Notes under the pieces: model-generated
The model's input: the letters and a program-made list of their open reading frames with translations, nothing else
Told to the model about the DNA's origin: nothing
Database searches by the model: none
Shown: one piece after another, positions 21,901-32,850 of the stretch
Layout: each line of letters opens with the position of its first letter
How positions within the stretch are numbered: position 1 is the stretch's first letter
Translations under genes and position numbers: made by a program
From: Ministeria vibrans ATCC 50519
Lineage: Eukaryota; Protista; Filasterea
DNA: 34,861 bases
Direction: 5' to 3'
Assembly: GCA_943704425.1 (NCBI GenBank)
Contig: CALSCP010002654.1
Span: 1-34,861 of the forward strand

Positions 21901-22605
21901 ACGACGCAATCTGGATGTAGTCTGCAAGGGCACAGTTGGGCACATTCTCGTTCATGCCCTGGTACGTCATGCCGTAGGGGGCGCCGGTGGACGAGTCGAT
22001 GGCTGGCTGTGAGACGCGCGTCACACACGACGGATGGCGTCGCCACACAAAGCGCGAGCTATGCTTGTGGTGCGGCTCGCGGTTGAAGAGGAAGTTGTAG
22101 CCCAGGTCACCGCGAGCACGCCCTGCAGGGAAAGAGGGGGTGGGAGAGTCCCGGGTGTGAGCAGGAGAGGGTGTAATGTGAAAACAAGGTCGGACCGAAC
22201 AACTTGTTCCAGTTTGAGACACAGCCGCCGCGATTGGTGCTGCTGGTGCCGCCAAAGAGGTACGTCGGGGTGTTTGGGTCGAACACAACGTTGACGCTGG
22301 TCGTTGACGACGTCACATACTCGTGCGGAGTGAAAATATTGTCAAATGCATCCTTGACAATAATAAAAAAAAAACAAAACAAAAGATAAGAAAAAAAAAA
22401 TGTCAGCGGGTCCTTCTGGTCAAAACAGCAGCACTGCACACACACACACACAACACATATACAATATACACACCCACACGATGCGTACCGTTGTGTAGTG
22501 GCCGCCGTCGGCACTTCTGACAGTTTGGCACTTATCAACCGCCATTGCCCCGTGCAGCGCCGCCACGGCCATCAGCAGGATCCCCCAGACGCGCATGAGT
22601 TTCAT
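15987..22605 (-). CDS. Giant type I membrane protein: signal peptide, novel N-terminal domain, ~42 Notch/fibropellin-like (Ca-binding) EGF repeats, ZU5-like domain with HFS motif, TM helix, ~58-aa tail; 5 exons
   Basis: Signal MKLMRVWGILLMAVAALHGAMA from ATG 22605; four GT-AG introns join in frame. Repeats of D(I/V)(D/N)ECxSxPCxNGxTCxDxxxx(Y/F)xCxCxxG(F/Y)xGxxC counted by hand (40 full, 2 truncated). TM LIIVIAAAAGGTLLLLVIVLVSVIVV is followed by HKRRRR. No LNR or ankyrin repeats, so not a true Notch. Confidence 0.92.
19238..20304. repeat. Coding tandem repeat, 228-bp unit (2 EGF domains) x ~4.7, near-identical
   Basis: Near-identical shadow ORFs recur at 19245, 19473, 19701, 19929 and 20157 (period 228); only a few substitutions between units. 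Confidence 0.97.
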
Positions 22606-22768
22606 CAAGCTGTGCGGGTCGATGTTTCGTCACAAAATGGCACAGTAATGGTTTTGGAGAAAGAAAAGTTTTGATATGATAAAATCCGGAATCCCCTTCA
22701 CACCTTTATTAAAGAATAGAAAGAAGAAATATTTTGATCTTATCTATCTACATAGTACAAACATATCG

Positions 22769-25700
22769 TTACACCCTCTCTCCCTCCTCAACAACAACAA
22801 GCACCCCGGCACACAACGTTGTGATAAGCACATCCAATTCTCCATGTCGAATCTCGCTCGTGTACGTCTCCAAGAACAGCGACTCCAGCAGCTACACAGC
22901 AATGTACAAAATTACGACGATTCAAACATCACAACAGCTCTGCATACCAATCGATGAGAGGACGCAGCACGCTCGTCGGTGAGCTCTGCCGCGGCACGGA
23001 CCACCACAAAGACAGCAAGGGGCAGCCACAGATCGAGATTGGAGGAGACTGAGGGAAGACCCTGGGTGGACAGAGCGGCAGCCATGCGTTCAAAGACCAG
23101 CACAACGTGCGCCAGCGAGTCCACCGTGTCCGTCACCAGACTCACCAGTGCGTCCACCGACTCGCCGTACCAGTCGTCGGGGGCCATGGCAAGCGCATTG
23201 AGTGCACCACTGGGTAGCTCAAGATGCGCCAAGAGAGCAGTGTCGTCGAGCGCAGCCAGAAGACGCGCGCCAATGCGAAAGGAACGCATGCGCGCCGTCT
23301 GTGCACTCTCGTACACACGCAGCATGGTCGTCTTGACCAAAGGCGTGCAGAATAGACGTCGCGCCACGACGGGCGATACTGCACAACGCTCGGCCGCGCG
23401 ACACACATACGCAACGAGTGCACCCAGGTCGCGCTGGGCAAGTTCGAGAAAGCGGTTGGGACTGGGCACGTCGGAGTACGCCCACAGAAAGAGTTCACGA
23501 CAGGCGGCCGTCAACTGCACCAGTGGATGCGCAACAACCGCTTCGACTGCACTCCCGTGTGCGGCACCATCTCCAAGGCGACTCCAGCCCACCACCCGTC
23601 CATCATCGTCCACAACTGCCTCAGCCTCGAGCGCATCCCACTGCGTTATCGCGTCCACTCGTTCCGGATGCTCTGCCATGCGTCCAACCTGTTCTTCAAA
23701 GCGTCGCTGCACCGCATCCCACCGCCCGCGCACCCCGACAAACGCCTCGACGACCTCACTGCCGCCCACTTCGTGTGTCAGGTTGTCCGCACGCGAAAAA
23801 GTCTGCACCACCTGCGCATTCTGAGAGATTTCGCGTGCTCGCGCCGTTGGCGTGCTCGGTGTTGGCGACACGCGCCGCTGTACTTGGTGATCGTGTGTGG
23901 CCGATAGCAGTACGCGAAGCGCACCGGCAATCTTGAGGTGTCCTTCACGGTCGGCGCCACTTCCCGCACTGCTCGTGTCGCTACTGTGCTGTCCGGTCGA
24001 CTCGTCCGTGTCGTCCGCCACCAGAGGACCCACAAAAGAGCCCTCGAGGACCATGCCGCCCATGGTAAGTCGACCATGGCCCGACGTTTTGAGTGTCCCC
24101 GAAAAAATGCCGTCAAAAACACCCTCGTTGCCACAAAAAACGCGCGCAGGACCCACCATACGTCCCGCCGTCCACCGACCCACACACACCAGCTGCTGCT
24201 CGCGGTCGCTCCAGCAGCCCACGCCGGCACAGCGTCCGTCTGCCCACTCGCCCACATACCGTCGCACACCCTCCATTTGCACTCCAAAGCCGGCTCGGCG
24301 TCCACGCGACCACGAGCCAGCATAGCGCAAGCGCCGTTCAGAGTGCACAAGCGTGCCAAAGCCCGAACGCACATCGTCAAGCCACTGCCCACAGTAGACA
24401 CTCCCGTCGACAAGTACCGCTTGCCCATCACCGGTGCGCCGGTCACGCACATACTCCCCCACATACTCCACATGATCGCCCTTGCGCCCGACAAACCGGC
24501 CAACGCCGTGCCGTCGTCCCTCGACAAAGTCCCCAACAAACACCACACCCGGCTCGTACTCGAGACGCCCGCGCCCATGCGGCAGACCCTGGTACCACAT
24601 GCCCAGGTAGCGGGCACCACGCGGAATGTCGCCCACCACACGGTCGTGGCGGAAGGTATAGGCACACGGACCACGTACCGCATCGGAGGTGGTTGAGGGG
24701 GCAGCAGTCGTCGCCAAAGCAGACGCGTCTAGGCTCGCATCCACTCCTGCGCTCGTGACCGCTGTAAGATGAAAAAGATCATGATGATGCGTGTCGCTGA
24801 CACTCGGCATAACAGTGCCAGCGCGTGCCTCTCTCACAAGTTGTTCGCATCGTCGCCGCAGCTTGGCCGAGGGCCACACAAGCGCAACGCGCTCCTCGGG
24901 GAGAGTCAGGAACATTTGCACTTGGTTGTCGGTCGAGTCGTTGGCAACAACACTCGCTCCGCCCACAGTGGCACTGGAGGGGTCGATCGTGTCGAGCCAG
25001 ATAATCTCAAGGGGGGTCATGGTGACAATGAAAGCACGCACAGGCTGCCACTGAACACGCGCGACGCCGTCGTTGAGGAAGAGAAAGGTGTCGGACGAGA
25101 GGCCAAAAGCTGGTCGACGCACTGCCACTAGCATCGGCAAGAGCACACGACGACCGGGACTCAGTAGATAGCGACGCAACGCGCGCTGCTCCTGGTAGAA
25201 CTTGAGGGTCGCATGAGCGTCGTAGCGCAGGCGATCGCTTGTCGCAATAAGGTCGCTCCAGTGTGCGCACGCTGCCATCAGCGTGTGTTGTGATTCGGTG
25301 TTCTCGGGCAACTGACTGCCGCAACGCCCACACTCGGCAGCGCGCTCTTTCACCCGCACAAGGATGACACCAAAGGCGTCCTGATCGTCGGCCGACCCGA
25401 ACACACCGGTCACAAGACACTCGGCGAGGGCACTCTGAAAGGCACGCACCACTCGCGCGTGCTCCTCGACACGCTCACTGAGCAGCGCCGTTGCACACTC
25501 AACTCGTGTCCACTGTCGCGGTGCACAACTCTGCTCGCGGTTGTTGTCGGCCGACGCTGCCAATAGCATTTGCCACGTGAAGCGCAGCAGACGACGGAAG
25601 GCCGTGTAGAAGGCGACGCGCGCCGCATCCTCGGTCGCCGCCACGTCGGCTTTGTCGCCCAACAGCGGTCCACACACCACGGGAGTGGGCAACGGAAAGG

Positions 25701-27168
25701 GCACAGACGAAGCAACAGCGCCAGACGAGTACGACATCAGGGAGGCGCCGTCGTCGGCGACAGTTGCATCGCCATTACTCGTGTCGTGTTGCCGTTGTGG
25801 TTGAAGTTGATGAGGGTGTGTGCCGTCAGGACTGGACCGGCTGTACTCGTGCGAGTGGTCGTGAGCATGGTCGGTGCTGCCACCACTGCTGTCAACAATG
25901 GTAGTGGTGTGGTCGGACGAGCGTGGCGGCATGCGGTCGCAGAGGGACAAGAGGCGTCGGTAGAAGAGACGTTCGTGGTGAGTGTAGAGCAGCTGAGTGA
26001 GGGCGTAAGGTGGGGCGGGCTTGAAGCCAGCGACAATGCAGGTGCCCTGTTGCCCGCTGCTGCTGAGTGAAAGTGCCATAAGGGTTGAGCGACGTGCGGA
26101 GCGAAGGCAGACGAGGTCGAGCGAGCGCCCCACGGCGGCGGGTAGGGGCGCCAAGAGAATGCTCCAGGAGCCGTTGGGTCCCTCGTTGCTCAGAAAGACA
26201 GAGCCCCCCTTGGAGGCGCTCACATGCGTACAAATGTGTGCAACAAGATCTTCGACGCGCGTTGCAGTCGCCTCGCCGTTGCCCCAGTGGTACGCTTCGC
26301 CGTCAAATGTGATAGCGGCCGAGTGGGCGGGACCGCCCGACACATGCGAGACGTTGACGTGACGCAGACCGCGCACGAGAGTGGGTCGCTCGACGTGGCG
26401 CTGGGCCAAGGCAACACCGCACTGACCTCCCGAGTTGTCGCCAAAGGCCCACACCTGCGTTTGGTTTGCTGAGATTCCACGGTGCACGACGACGAGGGTG
26501 TGTCGCATGCCGCAGGCCACACGTAAGATGCGACAGTTCTCCGACCAGGCGTGCACCGTGGGCTTGGGCAGGTGCGGTTGCAAGTGGTCCTCGTTGGAGT
26601 CGTCGGTGTCGCCGGGCTGATTGAAGGTACCCTCGTTCCACACAAAGAGGCGAGTGCGATCGACACTCACGGCAACAATGTGTTCGTAGCCGCCCGCAAT
26701 GCACGCCTGTGCCGCGTACACGTCCGTGGCCAGCAGCGCAAAGCGCCCCACGGCAAAGCCTCGGCCCGACACATACAGCCGGCCGGCGCTCGTGACCACA
26801 ATGCTTGTGGAGTCGCCACAGGCGATGCCCACCGCCACCTCGTCTGCCGTCAACAAGTCGAGGCCGCGAACGGCCGTGGGAACCTGCTGTGCGCGACCGC
26901 CCGGCTCGCCGTTGCCCAACTGGCCGCTGGCATTGCTGCCGCAGGTGAGGACCCGGCGGTCGTGCGTGAGCAGGAGGACGTGTTCGCTGCCACAGGCGAC
27001 GGCCGCGATGTCGCTCGCGTTTTTCAGCGGACGGAACGATGTTGAGGGAAGCACAGAGAAGAGGTAGGCGCGATCGCTGTCCTCGTCGTGCTCGTCCCCC
27101 TCGCTCTCCTTTCTTCTCCGCCGCTCACCGTCGCCGTCGTCCAACCGGAATGGTGGGAGTCGGGACAT
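22769..27168 (-). CDS. ALS2: Alsin (ALS2)-like Rab GEF: RCC1 repeats, degenerate DH/PH-like region, MORN repeats, VPS9 domain; 2 exons
   Basis: RCC1: VACGSEHVLLL..GSNASGQLG, VACGMRHTL..GDNSGGQCG. MORN: YLGMWYQGLPHGRG, FVGDFVEGRRHGVG, YCGQWLDDVRSGFG. VPS9: SNLDLWLPLAVFVVVRA, then after intron 22892-22947 LLESLF..IRHGELDVLITTLCA (alsin SMDDLFPVFLYVVLRA..LQHGEQGIMFTTL). Stop TAA at 22769-22771. Confidence 0.82.
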
Positions 27169-27277
27169 CAGAAGGACAAGATGTGAATAAAAAATTGGCG
27201 CTTCAAAATATCAAATTATTCCTTCTTTTGACTTTTCACTGACTTTTCATTTTTCAATAATTTTTTCGAATTTCGAC

Positions 27278-28235
27278 ATGAAACTCACGATTGCTCTTCT
27301 CGCTCTGTTCGCGATTGCGTTCGCGATGGATCCTCTCGAGGATGCGTACAACCTCGGTCTTGACGTCTCCGCAAACGATTATGTAAGACAGCGCATTGCC
27401 CTCTGCCCGCACACCCTCCCCGTGCGACCCACACGTGTCTATACACAGCGTTTGTTCTGCGCGCGCGTTCAAACAAATCGATTTATTTTTTGGACGAGGA
27501 ATGTTGAGAAAAAAAACAAGCGAAAAAAAAAAACGCAAAGTGGATTACGCGAGTGTTGCGGGACTGTTAGACTCGGTAGGGTGCAGTAGACAGGCGAAGG
27601 TTCTGCACTGGAAGTAGTGGCGTGGGCGGGCATGCGCGTGCAGTGCAGTTCGGGAGTTTTACTGTTCGTCCAGAAAAAAAAAAGACTACAGCGCATTTTA
27701 TAAAACAACGCAAGTCGCCGCGCAGAGGCACAGCCAGACTTGAGACTGCTTTGGCATTTGCCAACCCAATTGAAACGCGAAGACGAGCGAGTTTTGTTGT
27801 TCTGAGTCGAAAAGGGTTATCGACACTCACACACAACACAACACACATTCCGACTCTGTCTGTGTTGCACAGGTTGAGATTTACAACTCCACGGGACTGC
27901 ATTGCGGATGCAAGCCCAAGATCGATCAGTACGTGATTGAGGCGATGCCGGGACACCAGTCGGCCAACGTGGCCGTCGTCGGCGACTACGGCAGCTGCGA
28001 CCCGGCGCAGAAGCAGCCAATGCGCATCTTCATCAAGTGGGGCGACGGCTGTTCGTTCACAACGGACCGTCTCCCGCACGTTGCGCCCTTCCAGTCGACA
28101 CACCGCTACGAAGAGCCGGGCACCTACCGTATCCGCGTCTACTACTGCTCGGCCGTCTCGGCAACCAACCTTGTGCCCCGCTGCAGTGTCCGCACCCGCT
28201 CTGTGGACATTGCGCCCGCCAACTTTGGACAGTAA
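27278..28235 (+). CDS. Small secreted PKD-domain protein (~156 aa); exons 27278-27382 and 27873-28235
   Basis: Signal MKLTIALLALFAIAFA; donor TAT|GTAAGA and acceptor GCACAG|GTT are in frame; PKD signature IKWGDG..STHRYEEPGTYRIRV; several Cys. Confidence 0.75.
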
Positions 28236-28287
28236 AAAACTGAAAAGCCATCGTCGAAATCACATTTAAGATGGGAATATGGTGTAA

Positions 28288-30495
28288 TTATAAGTGAGCA
28301 ACACCCTTTGCGCGTCGCATCGCCTCAATAGTGCGCAGAAATTGTCCATAGGAGCGCGGAAGGACACGACGGAGTGGCTGCAGCAACATGACAAACGAAA
28401 AAAACAGGAGGAAGGGAGAGTTAGTTGAGAGAGTGAGTCAGTCGAGTCAACACTCGTCTTTACCTTGTTTGGGGCAAGAAAAGTAATATTGAAGCAATTG
28501 GTAGTGTGTTTCTGACCCGTCTCGGGATCTAGCACATCGGCAAGGACTGAGACCTGAAAGGCCTTTGGGTCATAGTCGAGAGATTGATGCCCCGGCGAGA
28601 AGACAACCTGTGAGGTGAGACTGAGGATGGAACCAATGGCGACGGGACGGCGGAAGGCAATGTCATCGATGCACAGCAGACGCGGTGTGTCCTGGCTGAA
28701 CATGGCGCCGTTGGCCCACGCCAGTTCATACGCTACGAGGACACATGCTTAGCTCAAAATGGCAGTGGGATGGATACTGTGCAATCATTCCATTGTATGT
28801 AAAATTGACAATAGAATAAGTGTGACTAAAACGAGTGTGATTGCAAGCAGTTTGCAGTGCAGTAGAATGTGTGTGATTGCAAGCAGTTTGCAGTGCAGTA
28901 GAATGTGTGTGATTACAAGCAGTTTGCAGTGCAGTAGAATGTGTGTGATTGCAAGCAGTTTGCAGTGAATGTGTGTGATTGCAAGCAGTTTGCAGTGCAG
29001 TAGAATGTGTGTCACTGCGAGCAGTTTGCAGTACAACCAGTCATCAATGTTACACTGAGTGCAGTTTCGAGTGAGAGCGTGTGCACATGAAGTTATACTG
29101 CTAAACGAATGGTTAATTATTTTTACCTTCTTTCATAAGGTATCCTCCAAAAATCTTATTATGTACATTACGATCCTAAAAAAAACAGTAAAAAGAAAAC
29201 AGTGAGAGAAGGAAAAAATGAGAAAAAAAGAGAAACCTGAGGCTGACAGAGACGGGTTGAGCTCATAGTCGTGTCTTTCATGTACACGCAGGGCGCACCC
29301 CCCGCATTGGTCGCGGCTTGCTGGGCCTTCTTCTGTTCCATGTACAGCGCATGGATAACCAGCCGCTCGGTCTCTGACGGCGCCATCCGCTCCAGTCCAT
29401 TGCTCACTTGCTCTCTTCGCTCTCGTGTGTTCTCTATCATGTCACACATCTTACGTCTTATTCCTTTTTCTCTGCTTCTCGTCTTTCCCAATCGTACTTT
29501 CGCCCTGTTCGAACAGCGCCTTTTCTTCCGGTGTGCTCACAATCAGTCGGTTGACTTTCGCCGCCTTTTCGTTTTGTGCATCCCGTGCCACAAACGTAAA
29601 TTTCGCTACAAACACCGTCAGGAAAAGGTCTCTTATCTCTTTCTCTTTTGTGCATCTCTCTCAGCTCTGACCGGTCAGAGTCGTTTCGCCAATGGGAAAC
29701 GCAGAGGAACTCTCAACTGCGGTGGGCAGTGTAAGACTGCGCATCCATACGGTGATCTCCATGGAACTGTTTCCCACCCACGTGACGTGTCCGCTCAAGC
29801 GATAGTCCACATCTGCTCGAACCCGATGTGTCTGTGACAACAGTTCGATCTTGTCGACCGACGCAGTCACAAGCGTCAGTGGCGATGTCTGCGGGTCGCC
29901 GTCGTCGCAATGCTTGACTACACACATAGCGCCGCACTCAGCATTCTTCTTCTCCTTCTCCTTCTCCTTCTCCTTCTTCTTCTTCTTCTCTCTCTCTCTC
30001 TCTCTCTCTCTCCCTCTCTCTGCATATTATCCTTACATGCAATGTTTCCCGCAAATGCGTCCAAGTCTTCCAATATTTTTCCAAAGCGAATGGCACCCAC
30101 CAGATTCATATACTCATCGCGCAGCACCGGGTCTGTGCCAAAACACAGGTCTGTCTCGTGCATTGAGTCGCTCATGCGCTTCTCCACCACACGATGCTCG
30201 CGGACATTTCGCTACAGAACAATGAAAACCCGTTTCACACCAGAAAAACCTTTTCGATCGGCCGTACGGGCACACCTGGCGCTTGAAACAGCGGCACTGC
30301 ATGAGATTCGTCGGCACTGGTGGCTGCAAGACGGCCACGCCAAAGCTCTTCGGTGACTTTGGAGCGGAATCGCGGTGTGAAGCGGGCGTTGCCGTCATCC
30401 GCCCGTCGCGCCGTACTGGCCGAAAACACACGCGCACGGGACACGCTCAGTCCACTGCGCACCCATGCAATTGATTTTCCTACGTTCGCCAACAT
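28288..30495 (-). CDS. ACOT9: Acyl-CoA thioesterase 9-like (double hotdog fold), probably mitochondrial
   Basis: KRMSDS..DPVLRDEYMNLVGAIRFGKILEDLDAFAG, LVTASVDKI..LSGHVTWVGNSSMEI, FTFVARD..KVNRL, CQPQ|..HNKIFGGYLM, IDDIAFRRPVAIGSIL, TNCFNITF..VLPRSYG. The Arg/Ser-rich N-terminus fits a mitochondrial presequence. Stop at 28288-28290. Confidence 0.92.
28835..29032. repeat. 36-bp minisatellite (GTGTGATTGCAAGCAGTTTGCAGTGCAGTAGAATGT) x ~5.5 in an ACOT9 intron
   Basis: Head-to-tail copies without spacers; one copy has an internal deletion. Confidence 0.95.
29944..30020. repeat. (CTT/CTCCTT)n + (CT)n microsatellite in an ACOT9 intron
   Basis: Directly visible. Confidence 0.9.
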
Positions 30496-30598
30496 ATACC
30501 AAATGCGCCAAACGGGTAAATATCAATGAGTCCAAGGGAATTCGGGATGATCATGGAACTGTTTGGTTGACTGAACTTTCCCTCATTCAATTTTCGCA

Positions 30599-32488
30599 AT
30601 GTCGCGCTCACCCACTGCTGCCGGCGTACTACCCTACGCCATGGTTCCGCAAGAGAATGGTAGCTTTCGTGTGCTTCTTTTGCTCGGTGGCGAGGCGCGT
30701 GGTGGTCGAGCTGTCGTGTACTCGGACTTTGGCGGGGGTGTTGACAGCGACGACGTCGACTCGCTGCACACGGCTGAGGGGGCGCCTGCGTCAACAAGCG
30801 ATGCATCAGGGGGGTCTACTCATCAATTTGCGGGAGCTGCAGCGACAGCGGCACGTGAATTTGCCGAGGAGACGGGCGGGGCCGTTGCGCAACTTCCAAT
30901 GTCGAAGTCTCAGCGCTCTCGTCACGATCGACGCCGTGCGCATCGACGACGACTCTCGGAATCGGCAGAAGGGACAGCAGAAGACGATGGTGGTGCTGCG
31001 CCAGCCACCGATGTGTTTGTGGAGGCTACGCGCACCTGGATGTTGCGCAAGCTGTCGACAACGGGCCACTCAACCGATCTTGCCACTATTCCCATCCTCC
31101 TTCCCCGCGTGCGCAAGCCCTACTGCATGTTTCTCACGGCCATTCCATACATTGATCCGTTGGTCTTTATGAGTGCAGTGCGTGTGGCGACCGACGCGAG
31201 ACACAGAGAAAAGAAAGCATTTCTGTGGGTTGATCTTGAAGATTTGCTCAGCGCGACCGAGCCTGACAGCGAGACGGGCGAGTCTTACTCGGGCCTCGTG
31301 ACCGTCTTCAACCAGACCACCTGTGTTCCGCTCTACCTTCCAATGGTACGCCTGCTGGCGAGCCCCATGGGCCGCGCAGCCCTACACCGACTGCGTGCTC
31401 AGGCTCACATGTATTCCGCCCCACGCACTACCGCAGTCTCCGCCACCAGCTCATCACGTCGCAAGAGCCCAGGCACCGCTACAAAATCCACCCACCACGA
31501 CACCAGTGACGCTGATGACGACATGAGCCTGCAACTGGTTGTCCCGGGCCTGTGGATCAGCGGCGTGGATGCCGCCAACAATCGCGCTCTTCTCATTTCA
31601 CGAGGCATCACTCACGTCGTTTGTGCCATCAACCGTCGCGAACCTCACCACCGCGACGCCCTTCATACTCTCTTGTTGCCCGTTGAAGACCGTCCCGCCC
31701 AGCCCATGCGCCCCTACCTCAGTGCATGCATGGCCTTCATCGACCGTGGTCGTGCCACCGGAGGTGTCCTTGTACACTGCCAAGCAGGTACCACACAACT
31801 GACTGGCTCAGTTGCAATATAGATATTCTTACACTCATTTTTTCTGATTGGTTTGTTAGGTCGCTCTCGCTCTGCCACCATTGTACTTGCCTATCTCATG
31901 CGCACCTTTCCGTCACTGCGCTCCTTTCCCACCGCCCTCTCCTTTCTCCGATCGCGTCGCTCCATTGTTTGTCCCAACACTGGATTCACTGCTCTCCTCG
32001 GCACTCTCTCCAGCGCAAGCACAGCCCATCGACACCGCATCACAACACAGTCCGTTTCCCTTCCCCCGTCCACCACACACTATGCAACGGCAGTCAGGCC
32101 ACCCTCAAATGAACCAGAGGATGACGCACAAGCCCCTCCTCATAACCGACTGACTGACTCTCAAGTGCACTGTCTCGCATGCGATACAACCCTCACCACC
32201 ACAGGGACACTCTTTGACGACCATTCTCACTGCGCCACTGACTACCTCCTCAACGAAGAAGGAAGCACTTCAGACGTCCCTCAGTGGTACACTGCACAGG
32301 CACTTGCGTGTGCTGCTCCCTCAGGCGATCTTCTGTGCCCTCAGTGCGAGTCCGTTGTCGGTCGCTTCCACTGGTCGGGAATCCTCTGTCGCTGTGCCAT
32401 GCGTGTTGTGCCGGGGTTTTTGCTATACGACACTGCCTGCATGCTCCAAGGTGCGACTGTGGGAAGAGTCACCACAAACACCGAGTAA
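30599..32488 (+). CDS. Nudix hydrolase fused to DUSP12/Yvh1-type dual-specificity phosphatase with C-terminal zinc-binding domain; intron 31788-31859
   Basis: Nudix: AAGVLPY..LLLGGE..YSDFGGG..TAAREFAEETGG..HREKKAFLWV. DSP: VVPGLWISG..GITHVV..VEDRP..VLVHCQAG|RSRSATIVLAYLM..RSIVCPNTGF (intact CX5R). Zn domain: HCLAC..H..C..W..GDLLCPQCESVVGRFHWSGILCRC..VVPGF, as in DUSP12/Yvh1. Confidence 0.88.
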
Positions 32489-32850
32489 CTGTCATGTCAG
32501 TTGTGTTATATAGTAATTAATTTATGTACATAATACAATAAAACAGCGAGTCAAGTGCTGTCTCCCTCTGAGTCACTATCTATACTGCGCAGTCCGGCCA
32601 TCGATGCACTCAAAGTGGTTGCGGGGAATATGGTAGAGGGAGCGGGTTCAGACGCAAAAAAGGACACTGAGTAACTGTCGCGTGAGTTGTGTTAATCTTA
32701 TAGTGTACATAATACAAAAAAAAAGAGCGGGTCAGGTGCTGTCTCCCTCTGAGTCACTGTATTGCGCAAGACTGTGCAGTCCGGCCATCGATGAGGTCAA
32801 AGTGGTTGCGGGGGATGTGGTAGAGGGAGCAGGTGCAGATGCAAAAAGGG
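32478..32850. repeat. Diverged tandem duplication (~186 bp x 2) spanning the convergent 3' ends of the DUSP12-like gene and NAF1
   Basis: Both copies (32478-32663, 32664-32850) start ACA(C/T)GAGTAACTGTC-like and share GTGCTGTCTCCCTCTGAGTCACT, GCAGTCCGGCCATCGATG, CAAAGTGGTTGCGGGG and TGGTAGAGGGAGC. Confidence 0.93.

Noticed and set aside
15987-22605. True Notch, Delta/Jagged or Crumbs orthologue
   Set aside because: No LNR, RAM or ankyrin region, no DSL domain, no laminin-G domains or ERLI tail.
22979-27067. Long + strand and alternative-frame ORFs (e.g. 281, 252, 301 aa)
   Set aside because: Shadow ORFs of the GC-rich ALS2-like exon; no recognisable motifs.
27486-27684. TTTTTTGGACGA / TCGTCCAGAAAAA inverted repeat as a MITE or snoRNA in the PKD intron
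   Set aside because: Only ~7 bp of complex pairing, no target-site duplication, no convincing C/D or H/ACA boxes.
28835-29032. 36-bp repeats of CRISPR-like length
   Set aside because: Head-to-tail with no unique spacers, inside a spliceosomal intron, no cas genes: a minisatellite.
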